64,000 nucleotides of DNA from Lytechinus pictus (taxonomy: Eukaryota), in NCBI RefSeq assembly GCF_037042905.1, contig NC_087257.1:14508001-14572000 (forward strand), read 5' to 3'. The first letter of the stretch is position 1, and every line of letters starts with the position of its first letter. The position numbers were made by a program, and so were the translations under genes. Below the pieces are notes generated by a model, which was not told where the DNA came from, made no database searches, and saw only the letters and a program-made list of their open reading frames with translations. Shown piece by piece: positions 12,280 to 24,568 of this stretch.

Positions 12280-12641
12280 GGCAAACGAAGTGACGTGCAG
12301 GACTGCAGGTATTGAAGAAAATGCACAATGCAAGCATAACGAGTTATGAATCTCCAAATGCCCGGCGCCTGCTGCGGGCTCCAAAATAATGGGCGATACC
12401 ACTAATGCACGAGGAGATTGGCGGGCATTAAGATGCGTTACATTCATGAAAGATGCGTGTGTGCTTTGGGTGCGTGAAACGCGATCAAGCTCGGTGCATT
12501 CGTTTCCCGCGTACATCCGATTATAAGGCCATACACGCATCACGGCGGCGGGTGGAGTTCCATGATTTCTTCAGTGTGTAGTGTATGCCAGTCTTTACGA
12601 ATTAGCCCGCCAGAATACAACTCTCTGTAGAAGAGGTAAGC
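12280..12641 (+). promoter_or_regulatory. CpG-rich promoter-like region with candidate non-coding first exon (possibly of the cytochrome b561 gene)
   Basis: Inverted CCAAT (attgg 12417-12421), E2F-like tttcccgc (12503), TATA-like ttataa (12521) and a donor AG|GTAAGC at 12636. The link to the downstream gene is inferred. Confidence 0.4.
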
Positions 12642-13639
12642 GATCATTACCAAATTATCTTTTGTGTTTTATGATGATAATCCCTCTGACTGATTCTGTT
12701 GTTTGATGGATCTTTCCCATATCCAATGACCTGTGTTTGATTTTGAATGAGCGCATGGCGAAAATTGAACTGAGATGAGCTTTTGGTTTTAACGCGCCAT
12801 ATGGTAGACCAACTCGTATCAACATTTGAGGGTATGAAAGAATGATTGCTGATACTATACTTCCAAATCAAGGACACGAATATGTATAGGCAGATTAATT
12901 TTGAAAACATGGTATCTGAACGTTTTATTTTTTATATCAATCGCTGCCTTGTAGCACTAACAGACGACCGACTCGGCTGTGTGATCGTTGAGCAATATCG
13001 TGTGTGTGTGTGATCGGTATACTGTCTTGAGTAGATGGTAAATTACCGCGTAAACCTTTCCATTGTTATTTTCATTGGGGGATAAGTATTACAAATTAGA
13101 TGCACGTGTGAGTCATGGGCATGTCGTGTACACACTGAAATCACGTTTTGTCCTTTGTAGAGGGGGGTTAGAGCTAATTGTGATGCCAAAATCGAACTGT
13201 TACTGCAGCCTCTTCATTATAGGAGAAAGACATTCAGACCGAATATCAATATGAAATATGAGTCAACAATTTTTATTTTTGTCGGTTGTCTTTATGCATA
13301 TATGAGTATAGGCTTATATGCCGAAGTGTGAATATGCCGGACCCGCGAGATCGCGAATGAATAATTGATTTCTAGGGCTATAGGCTAATTGGTATCTGAC
13401 TAATAATGTATATTGAGGGGCAATCATAGCTATAAGCCTATATTCCCGCCACTATAGACCAAGGTAAAAACTCTTCATTGAATTATTGTCAAGGCTTTTG
13501 AAAATTTATGGGGATTTAAACGTAAAATTTAATTATCACTTTGATTACGATGACTGGGCTGTTGTCATAATTGTTATCATCAATATCGATTATTAATATC
13601 ATGATCGTAAGGGAAACTGTAATTGTTTCATTATTATAA

Positions 13640-13875
13640 TTTCATTGTAATTAGTAAAAGTAAAAGTAGTAGTATTACTATTAGTAGTATAGGTAGTAGT
13701 AGTAGAAGTAGGCATATAATTAGTATTATTAGTAGTAGTAGTACAAGTAGTAGTAATAGTAGTGGTAGTAGTAGTACTTAGTAGAAGTAGTAGTACAAGT
13801 AGTAGTGGTATTGGTAGTAGTAGTAGAAGTAGGAGTAGTAGTATAGTAGTAGTAGTGGTAGTAGTAGTAGTAGTA

Positions 13876-13906
<31 letters not shown>

Positions 13907-14290
13907 AAGTAGAAGTATAGTAGAANNNNNNNNNNNNNNNNNNNNNNNNNNNNNNNNNNNNNNNNNNNNNNNNNNNNNNNNNNNNNNNNNNNNNNNNNNN
14001 NNNNNNNNNNNNNNNNNNNNNNNNNNNNNNNNNNNNNNNNNNNNNNNNNNNNNNNNNNNNNNNNNNNNNNNNNNNNNNNNNNNNNNNNNNNNNNNNNNNN
14101 NNNNNNNNNNNNNGAANNNNNNNNNNNNNNNNNNNNNNNNNNNNNNNNNNNNNNNNNNNNNNNNNNNNNNNNNNNNNNNNNNNNNNNNNNNNNNNNNNNN
14201 NNNNNNNNNNNNNNNNNNNNNNNNNNNNNNNNNNNNNNNNNNNNNNTATAGTAGTAGTAGTATATAGTAGTAGTAGTAGTAGTAGTAGAG
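13640..14290 (+). repeat. (TAG)n microsatellite spanning an assembly gap
   Basis: agtagtagt runs on both sides of the N-run at 13926-14246. Confidence 0.95.
13926..14246. other. Assembly gap (Ns)
   Basis: Run of n interrupted by 3 called bases at 14114-14116. Confidence 1.
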
Positions 14291-16559
14291 TCATCATTAA
14301 TATTCTCCTTTTTATCATTATCAATATTAGATATGAATATCTTTCAGCTGTCAAGCTGTAGTACATTAGTGTATCTGCATTCTGCTCTTTAACGTATTCA
14401 ATCTGAGCTACTTGTAAGAAGATTTCCCTATTTTTTTATTAGCCCATGATGCAAATGTTATTGAAAATCTGTCGGAATGAAGAAGAACATTTTCATGAAT
14501 ATGCTCAAAATTGAGTTATGTTTTCTTGACAAATAAAGAAAGACCTGTACACTTATTTCATTTTTTTTTCTGATATCAATACGTGTTAATCAGTAGTGTA
14601 GTGAAACAAAAATTTAAGGGGACCAGGCATGGCGTATGGGGCAGCGTTTCTTTAAAAAATGTGAAAGAGCGAAGCAAGCGAGCAAAATGTTTGACTTTTA
14701 AAATACTGAACTATGATTTTGTGATAGATGTTGACATGATATTAAGAAAATACCATATTTTCCACATTTCCCTCTCTTTTTGTCTTCTTATTTTTGCTTG
14801 GTCATAAATATTGTGGAGCGTTCATGGTCCAAAGTCCCCCATCAAGAACCTTTTGTTTTTTGTCAAGATATTACTGAACAAAAAGGCCCCCTTTTATTTA
14901 AAATCTTAGATCTGTCCCTGCATGTGAAGGTAGCAGTATGTTTTCAAAAAAACTTGCCATGCAGGCAACCTGGAAAAAATATCAAGTCATCATACTATCG
15001 ATACATGCTTCTTTTTTTTTCTTTTTTTTGCAGGAGTTTCTGCATTTATTGTAAAGTCAAAATAAATTTACAATACATAAACATAATCGTAGTATGACAT
15101 GAAAGTACATTGTAATGTGACAAATTTATAGTAGTGTCATAACAAAATTTAGACATGAATACAATTTAAGGATAAGACAAAGTAGTGAAAAAACAAATGC
15201 AGTGGCAAACTATATAAGCAAAATAAATGCTTCAGTAATAGCAGCCAAAGGGGGAAAGGGGCTACATGGAAACCAATTATTCTATAGTTCTAGGTCTGGA
15301 AGAAAATCTTACGTCACCATTCTTTACCATTTACACTATGCAATCTCGTTTTCATCCATGGTTGATTATGATAGACCTGACTAATCCTTGTCCATGTCAT
15401 TTGATTAGTTGAGCATTGTGTAGCTCTAATTGGAAACTCATGTAATGATTGGAAAATTAGCTATTGATGACCCAATAATGATAGGCCCTGACCGCTGTGG
15501 TTTAATTGTATTCTCAGTAATGAACGTAGTATACCCACAACACACACACACACACCCCCTCATACTCACACGCTATACTCGAGATGACTGTAGTTATTTT
15601 AGTATCGACCGAGTACTCGTACTTTGTATACACCCTACAGAAATAAGCATTCATTAAATCAGTTCCTAATCAGATTTCTATCAAAGTAATGGAGGATCAT
15701 ACTGCCAGATAAATCTGATGAAGAATTCATATTTTTCATACGTCTAAGTATTCGTCTGTTTTTTCTTCAGAATAATATGCATTGGTATAAAATATACAGA
15801 TAAGTAAGCTTTCGCCTATATGATAACAGATTGTAAATAATACCTTTATCAATAAATCGAGTTGACTTGAATAATAATAATAATAATTAAAAACAAATGG
15901 CGAGCATTACTCAAAACCGTACGTAAATTTACAAGTTACTTGCTTAGTTAAAAAAAAATATGTATTTGGAGTATTATTTTCCCAGATTGATAAGAACAAA
16001 CGACGTCATTTTTTATACTATTTCTTGTGTATTTCCATTGGTTAGTTTATAGTGGATGAGATAGTAAAGAGGGTCACTTTGACTGAATCATAAATATTGA
16101 TTTAAAAATGAAATATTTGACGTATCATACATTGTATGATACATCACATCTTACGCATTCGTCTATGAAATAACTATATACATTTATGTTCTTTATGTCA
16201 AACTGATTTTGTATAAATTCATGTTTACAAGAAAATGTAGAAATTTGTGAAATGGAAGAAAATAAATGTTTACACGAATGAATGAATAACTTAGTAGTCA
16301 ATTTCCTGGAATTCCTCCGCTGCGAAGGGTTACACAAAATAACATTGTTGACTTTCTTATTACATGATCACACACATTCACATTGGATGTACCTTTTTTT
16401 AAATTACACGTACCACAGCAATAATAATTTACATCCGATGACGATTTACAAATAAAAAAAAATAATAAAAAATTCAATTAAATAGATAAAGATTGATTTG
16501 TCATTTTAGACAGTTAGACATCGCCAGCAATGATAAGGCACCCAAATAGCAATTGATCA

Positions 16560-16710
16560 GATCATAAAGAGTTACAACTGTTGTAACTTTGCCATTATGG
16601 CAACTACCATGGAAACCTTGATTCTGATTGGCTGCTGAGCCCTGTTACCATGGTAGTTGCCATTATTGCAAAGTTACAACAGTTGCAAGTCCTTTATGAA
16701 ACGGACCCCT
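16560..16710. mobile_element. Palindromic MITE (Harbinger-like family ending ...tttatgaaacggacccc)
   Basis: The arm actgttgtaactttgccattatggcaactaccatgg mirrors ccatggtagttgccattattgcaaagttacaacagt. Related termini at 30805-30943, ~37524-37612, ~53495-53645 and ~57555-57708. Confidence 0.7.
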
Positions 16711-16798
16711 GATCGGATTTAAGCTTGATTGCATGCGATCAATCGTATAAACCAACTGCACGGTTAGTCTCTGAACTTTGTCACGTTTGTACCACAGG

Positions 16799-17282
16799 GG
16801 TGACACGACATTTGCTCCCTCGACAATTGCTCCGGGCGTTATTTTGTCTAAGATATAGGTTAGGGTTAGAGTTACCATGGTTACTATAGGGTTTTATGTC
16901 AGGTTTAGGGCAGGGTATTGTGTCAAACCCAGGGTTGAAGTTGGTCATTCGATTACACTCTAAAAAATATTGGGTTAGAATGCTCCATGAGGGTAATTAT
17001 GTGTACAACCAACATTGGGCTTTTTTTTTTTTTTTTTTTTTTTTTTTTTGGGGGGGGGGGGGCATTTATCCAGTGTAATTATTTTGTTTCCCCAATTCTA
17101 AAGTGATTGCTGCATACCTTACTTGACAATGCTTCCCGCAATAGGTAGAATACAGACCCATATTGGTTGGACACATATTATTACACTCGTGCTGGTTAAA
17201 ACTTTACCCAATATTTTTTTACAGTGTATATGTGTGGAATTTAGAGCGGAGCAATTGTCGCCGGAGCAAATGTCATGGAACC
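16799..17282. mobile_element. MITE with a nested CACT..AGTG element (16956-17226)
   Basis: Outer TIRs gacatttgctcc..gacaattgctcc / ggagcaattgtc..ggagcaaatgtc with degenerate TSD accacagg/gccacggg. Inner TIR cactctaaaaaatattgggt / acccaatatttttttacagtg flanked by TA. Confidence 0.8.
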
Positions 17283-18907
17283 GCCACGGGGCCTTGGAGA
17301 GGCGTATACTGTATAGTAGGATCAAAAACACACAGCATACAATCAGAAGCAATTAATACATGAAAAATAAATGAATATATTTTGATGCAGAGTGTGTGTA
17401 AGGAGCGAAAGGACGAAGACTCCCTCGTCGAGTTAATAGGCTGAAGGCAATCCGTGTTTTGAATTTATTACAACAATAAACAGGCAAGGAGATCACGGAG
17501 ATTGAAGACAATTTGTATGATAAAATGCCTCCTGAATGTATATAATATTATACTCCGCTTATAGTCAGATACAACCATTACACATTATCATTTAGATATT
17601 GTCAAATGGAAGGATATGAATAGATGGATGTTTATGAATACACAACAATTTCTCTTTTTTGATAAACCATTGGAATATGTTAGAAAATAATTTTCCTTGA
17701 ATGTCCTGGTATTAAGAAATGGGTATTTTTGTTTGTTTGCTTACTCGCTCGCTTTGGAATTTCAAAAATAACGCATCATGGATTATTCACCCCGTTTAAT
17801 TTTGTAGCCTCACTTCGCCACTGCAACCATAGGAAAGCTAGTATTTGATGTTAATATTTAGACACACGACCAATGCAGGAAATGATTTCATGTGATGGCT
17901 CAATAAGCACCGTCTCATCCAAATCGCTATCAGCCATTTCCAAATGTCATATTTGCTTAGGTTGGTCTAATATTGATTAGCTATGGTCGGCCAGCCGTAA
18001 TGGCAAAAAGTCAAGAGTAGAAACGAATGTTGTGTACATTTTCGTTTGCTTGAATTGAATTCGTTAAATTTTATTTATTCATTCATTTATTTATTTATTT
18101 ATTCATTCATTAATTCATCCATTCATTCTTTCATTTTATATTTATTTAGTGTTGTATCTATTTTTTTATTGATTAATTCATTGAATGATCAATAACAATA
18201 ATTGGAATTTCACAGTCCTTCAGTAAATTAATAAAACTAAGCATTTACCCTTGTAATGATAATAGTGTAGACAGTGGCTGTTCAAGATTATATGCTCAAT
18301 GTAGTTTTAACCAGATTATTGCTGTTATTATTATTATTATCATTATCATCATCACCATCATCATTATTATTATCGTCAGCAGAAATAGTATCACAAAACT
18401 TTTAAAACTTGCCAAACGGATTTTGCACTTCGTGTTAAATTGACGTATTTGATCAAACTAACGGTGTCAGAGAAATAATGCTTGGGTTTTGGTATTGTGC
18501 TCAGGTAAAACGGAATGGTCAGACAATTTTCAAACATTATATATATCCCTCAAAATTTATATTATCCTATTTATACAAATTGCATATCCCTCTTTCATAT
18601 CGTCCTCCCCCCCCCCCTCACACACACACGCACACGCCATGACACGCCACACATGCATATTGTGAATATTTTCAAGGTAGTTTTTGTTTCAAAGTATAAG
18701 TCCCTATATTCCATTATTAGTTTACAAATAATGGTTGTCAAGTTATACAGCCAATGGATAAATGTAATATCAGGTTACTAGGCGAAGGTCATCTCGGGTT
18801 CAAACTGATATCAACTTAAAAAAAAACTACAATTTCTATTTAAATAAACAGTTTTTAAATCATACTTCAGTATTGTGTAAAACATGAATATAATGTCACA
18901 CATGTAT

Positions 18908-18954
<47 letters not shown>

Positions 18955-18958
<4 letters not shown>

Positions 18959-19674
18959 CAAAAAAAGTTTGGAAATCTGACTTTGATCGATAATCCCTCC
19001 TCGGTTTTAGTAAATATCAATGTAATTAATATCAATCAATAGATTATTTAATTCTCTTTAAAATGATACCCTACATGATATGATTATGGTTCACATGGAG
19101 GTGCAGTGCCTTGAAATGTGGGGCAAGGTAAAAATTCAAAAGTTGCAAAATGACACAATATTGAAAGTCACTGTTCTTTTTTTCCGTGGTGATGAGTGAG
19201 TTTCTTTTAATTGTTTTCATGCACCTTAACATCAACATTAACAAGGAATCAAACACACCTCTGCACAAGCGAACACATAACAAACAGGCATGGGTATTTC
19301 AAACCACGACTCAAACCATGTTATCTCACAGAACCATCACTACATAGACCACAACAAAACATAAAATTGAAGAAGCAGGGGCTTCATTTGAATGGATTTT
19401 CACCTCTATTGACACAGACAAAAGAATCATGTTCTGTATCATGTGTATTGACCCTTCATGACTATTTCTGCTCGTTTTGCACCTTTTTAATTCAGACCTC
19501 ATCCAACACTTTTGAATCCTGCTCTTTTCATGATGGCATGATCATAACAAGCATGGTATCATTTTAAAGAGAATTAAATGATCTTTTGAATGATATCAAA
19601 TATGCATTGTGTAAAATTGAGAGTTGGGAGAAATTATTGGCCAAACTCAGATTTCCAAACTTTTTTGAGGGGTT
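18955..19674. mobile_element. TA-targeting (Tc1/mariner-like) non-autonomous element inserted in a (TA)n tract
   Basis: TIRs ctcaaaaaaagtttggaaatctga / tcagatttccaaacttttttgag, with (TA)n on both sides (from 18911 and from ~19675). Confidence 0.7.
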
Positions 19675-20744
19675 TATATATATATATATATACATTATAT
19701 TAATATCGTTTTAAGTTAATAGGTCAAGGTCATTTCAGGTCAGTCAACTTGGACAAAATTATTTATATTTCGTTTATCATTTAAGAATAATCTCATTAAA
19801 TAAAACTTACATGATATAGTTATTGGATATTTTTAAGACATGAAATGAAACGGAAGTTTCATAGTCTAGGTCGACAAACATAGGATTTTATTTTCAAATG
19901 AATATGTTTTTTTCCTCTCTGAAAAAAAGATTATTCATCTTACATTGTACATGTACATGTAGTTCTTTTCAAGGCATGATCGCGTATAATGCATGTGAAA
20001 CTGTTAGCGTTCCACTTGTTCAATTATGATAATAAATCTTCGAAATGTGGTAATCGTCCGAGGTTAAAAAAGTATGTCTCTAAAACACTCCTTTACAGAA
20101 TAAGTTTAGTCATTGTTTAAATGTGTATTATAGAAATGCAACTTTATAAGCCCAGCAGCGTCATTGATGGATAGAGATGGGCACCGGATGAAAGCAAACA
20201 CGTTAATTTTGATTAAAAGCACATCCCATGAAAGGATCTTCTTACACAAAGCATTAATCTTCTCTGATAGTGACGGGTTTATATACCGATCCAGGACTGC
20301 AGAAGGATTTTTTCTTTCTTTTTTAAAGGACTTTTCCTCCGATTTGTTGACAAGAAAAATAATGGTTTTTACTCCGAAATGGGTCGCAATTATAAAGTCT
20401 ATAAAACCACGAACAAAACATAGTCATACACACCCTCATCTTCACGCACATACGCACCCTCACACACACTCATGAAATGGACTTGGAGGCCATTGACTCC
20501 AACAAATAAAACTGTCAAACACAAAAACATATCAATTAAAAAAGAGCAGTTTGTGTAAGTCTTGTTCATTACATGATACATCACGTAAGATATTGATAGA
20601 TTCATTGCTTAACACATTATACCCATGCATCAATCTAAAAATTCTGTGTTTTTTGCAAAATAGGCTACAAAAATGAAAGAGATCGATGAAAGTTTGTAAA
20701 AAATCCAGTAGAATATAAAATGTTTTTTTTTTTCATTTTGATTT

Positions 20745-20790
<46 letters not shown>

Positions 20791-21544
20791 GATGGAGGAG
20801 GAGTATCGATCAAGAATTGGCTTCCCTGACAATGGTGACGTTTCTCTGCATCTCCTCGCGCCCTCTATCTGGCGGTCTCTGTCTCTCTCCCTCTCTTTCA
20901 TATGGCTAGGTGTATATTTTCACTTCTCCATGAATTCTATTCTCTCAGAAACATTTGATCGGTTTGATTTGATATTAATCTATTTATTTTTTAAGTGCCA
21001 GATATAGGCCTATACACGTACTTTTCCGTCACCGTTATAACTCGTCTTCCCCCATTGGTATTCATGCAAGCCTCTTTGAAACACTGTCCGATCCACTCTG
21101 CGCCGTTAAAAATGTGTGTTTATAAAACTGAATAACATTATCTAAACATGATTATTGACCTTTTAAATCGTACGTGGCTTTGACCGCTCCCCCTTTGCCT
21201 CAGGCATGGTGATCATTGCCGCTCCATCGCAGCACTCAGCCAAAAAATGTGATTATGGATGATGGATTGAGCCTCAGAGATGAAAAGCCTGCCACGTCCT
21301 CGGTGGAATTGAATTCAATAGCAGAATCAGTGTACCATCTCTCCTTGTTTTCCCCCTGCTACTGGCCATTTTATGATGCAGTTACACCATTGAAACTGAT
21401 TCCTTAACCGACCTATGCTATGATATATGCTATGCGATGTAACGCCTGGTCGAGCCGGAGAAGATTTCGCTGGTACGATGGGACTGTGGCATGATCTTCA
21501 TCCCAAGTCGCTCGTTCCCATTCTGAAATATTAATGCCACTCTG

Positions 21545-23105
21545 ATTCAATTCAATTCAATTTATTTTCATTCTTCAACATAATACAAATAATTACATGA
21601 TAAATCAATTCAATTCAAATAAAAGCATGAACAAAATTCAACATTGAATAAATAATATACATATTCAATAAGTGATTCAAATATAAATTAACATGCATGT
21701 CAAATTTAAATCAATATAATCAATATAATTAAATATAATTAAATCAATATAATCATATATCAGCATGAGAAGAATGGAGGGGTCCACTTAAAAGCAAAGC
21801 TTGTAAAATGTGAACCCCTCAAAAAGTTAGGATAGAAAAAATATTAAAATATACGTAAAGGAATACATGAAGATAACGAAAGGGGCAAAAAAAAATCTTA
21901 TATACAGGATTGTGAAATTCAGAGACAAAAGACAATACACGACACAACACAACACAGGACGGTACATGAGGGTGGACAATAGTACGATGACAACTGCCTA
22001 GAATATAGAAAGAAAAATAGAGATAGGGAGAGGGATGCAAAGCTAATCTGCTGCATATATATTATGTCTACACATACATACACATCATGTACATATATAT
22101 ACACATATATATATATATATATATACATACAAATACACACATACACACGCACACCTACACACACACATACATACGGACATACACACATACACATATACAA
22201 TATAAAAAGTAGAATATAATGTATAGACAAGCTATAACTTTTGTATGTCTAATTGGAAAAAATATGTCATGTTCTGTATAAACATAGATAATAGACTAGC
22301 AATAAGGCAAAATTTTAGTTTAGAATAATAAACATAATTCATTAAGACTTTAGGAGCATAAGTTTTAGTTTGTTTTTAAAGGACAGTAAAGAACGGGCGT
22401 CTTTAATCTCATCGTCAAGGGAATTCCAAAATCTTGGACCTGTATATAAGTAAGTATTTTGTGCTAGAAGCGTTCTAAGAAGGGGCAAGTGATATTAATT
22501 TGACTGCCTGGTGGGATAGTTATGGAGGGATTGGTTTCGGGGAAACATGGAATCAAATATGCGTGGCAACGAATTATTTTTATATTTAAACATGAATTGA
22601 CCTAATTGAAACAAATATAAATTTTTTATTTTCATGATTTTATGTTTCAGAAACAATGGATCTGTATGAGAACGAAATGGTGCATTACATATAATTCGGA
22701 GTGTTTTCTTTTGTAAAATTAATATTTTGTCCAATAAAGAATTGTGGGTATTACCCCAAGCTAATATTCCATAATTAAGGTAAGGTAAAATCAAAGAGGA
22801 GTATAACATGAGTAATGTGACGGAAGGAAAAGAGTGTTTTAACTTATTAATTACACCAATATTACGAGATAATATTTTGCTCACATTAAGAACGTGGGGT
22901 TTCCAAGAAAGTTTATCATCAACTATAATTCCTAAAAATTTAATTTGGGAAACACATTGTAAAGGTGTATCATCAAAGATGATGTCAGAAGGTAAAGATT
23001 CAATAGAATTACTAAATATCATATATTTGGTTTTGTTTAAATTAAGAGATAGTTTATTGGCACGTATCCATTGAGTCAAATTTAGCAATTCCAAATTCAT
23101 AATTT
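21545..23105 (-). mobile_element. 5'-truncated CR1/L2-group LINE: ORF2 C-terminus, 3'UTR and (TTGAA)n tail
   Basis: ORF 23100-22495 (WIRANKLSLNLNKTK, KFLGIIVDDKLSW, YLNYGILAWG) continues past one premature TAA into ...YTGPRFWNSL...FKNKLKLMLLKS* (stop at 22342). The 3' end reads aataaa followed by attgaattgaattgaa. Confidence 0.9.
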
Positions 23106-23149
23106 GAATATAGTTTATAGTTTATAGTTGATTATAGTTGGGTCCCATA

Positions 23150-23800
23150 CAGAACTGGGTGTTTTTAAAATCAGAATGGGTTAGAGCTGGAAAGTGGATA
23201 ACCCATTCTAGAATGTGGTGGAGTCGGGAGGTTGATTACCCATTACAGAATGGCAATCTGGAAATAGGTAACCCATTCTAGAATGTGGTGGAGTCGGGAG
23301 GTGGATTACCCATTATACAGAATGGGGTGCAATCGGGAAATAGGAAACCCATTAGGCCTATAGAATGTGGTGGAGTCGGGAACTTGGGTAACCCATTACA
23401 GAATGGGTCGAGTCGGGTAGTGGGTAACCCATTATAGAATGGGGTCGAGTTGGGTAGTGGGTAAACCATTATAGAATGGGGTGGAGTCGGTTAGTGGGTA
23501 AACCATTACAGAATGGGGTCGAGTGGGGTAGTGGGTAACCCATTATAGAATGGGGTCGAGTCGGGTAGTGGGTAAACCATTATAGAATGGGGTGGAGTCG
23601 GGTAGTGGGTAAACCTTTATAGAATGGGGTGGAGTCGGGTAGTGGGTAAACCATTATAGAATGGGGTCGAGTCGGGTAGTGGGTAAACCATTATAGAATG
23701 GGGTGGAGTCGGGAATTGGGTAACCCATTACAAAATGGGGTGAAGTCGGGAAGTAGGTTACCCATTATAGAATGGGGTGGAGTCAGGAAGTACGTGGGTA
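23150..23800 (+). repeat. G-rich minisatellite, ~37-bp unit (ggtaa[a/c]ccattatagaatggggt[c/g]gagtcgggtagtg), roughly 16 copies
   Basis: Head-to-tail near-identical units with no unique spacers. Confidence 0.95.
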
Positions 23801-24386
23801 ATTATAAACAGGGATTGCGTCTAGAAATAACCAATACAAGAAGGGGGGTTTGGATTACGAAATTGGCGACCCAAAGGGTCGAAGGGGTACACAATATAGA
23901 GGCCGTAAAATGAATGGATGTCGAGAAATGGGGGGGGGGGGATAGTAAGAATTATGGAAGGAGGTGGGAAATTTAGGCCAATGTCTAATGGTTTTGCATG
24001 GGTAGGGAAATGGACCACCCTAACCTGCGATTTCAACCATGAGAGTATTTGGAGCTGTCACGGTTTTTAAATTGACGCAAATAGATGTTTAATCAAAATT
24101 TTTACATTCATTTTGTATTACAGTGGGTGTATAATTCGTTTCCAAAAGAAGATGGTTTTATAGGCCTTAATTAAACAGATGAGATAAAAATAATTTATTT
24201 TGCGGTAAAATTGCACTGAAGAAATTTGTGAAACACGTTTTCATTTCATAAGTACCACAAACTTAATGTTAAGTAGGACAGATATGAAGTAGAATATTGA
24301 TAGACGCGTTCGGGGAGGGAGGTAATTTAAACGTAAGAAATTGCCTTATTTTGAACCAACCCCCCCCCCCCCCCTTCAATCATTAT

Positions 24387-24446
24387 CATAGGCGGCGGAA
24401 GCGGGGGGGGACATGTCCCCCCCCCCCCTAAATTTTTTGTTGATAA

Positions 24447-24483
<37 letters not shown>

Positions 24484-24568
24484 TGTCAATTTTTTTACCT
24501 GTGTCTATCACATTTCAGGTGGACGTCACCGTGGACACCCCTAATTTTTTTGCCTTCCGCCGCCAATG
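24387..24568. mobile_element. Short poly-G/poly-C MITE (hAT-like)
   Basis: TIRs cataggcggcggaag / cttccgccgccaatg, with degenerate 8-bp TSD atcattat/ctcatcat. Confidence 0.7.

Noticed and set aside
12560-12590. CAGTGT loop in the candidate b561 5'UTR as an iron-responsive element
   Set aside because: The flanks (ttctt/gtagt) cannot form the 5-bp upper stem, and the bulged C is missing.
13599-14366. 255-aa ORF rich in Thr/Leu
   Set aside because: It is a translation of a (TAG)n microsatellite and an N gap.
23150-23800. Regular ~37-bp repeats resembling a CRISPR array
   Set aside because: The units are contiguous with no unique spacers, there are no cas genes, and the context is eukaryotic. 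It is a minisatellite.
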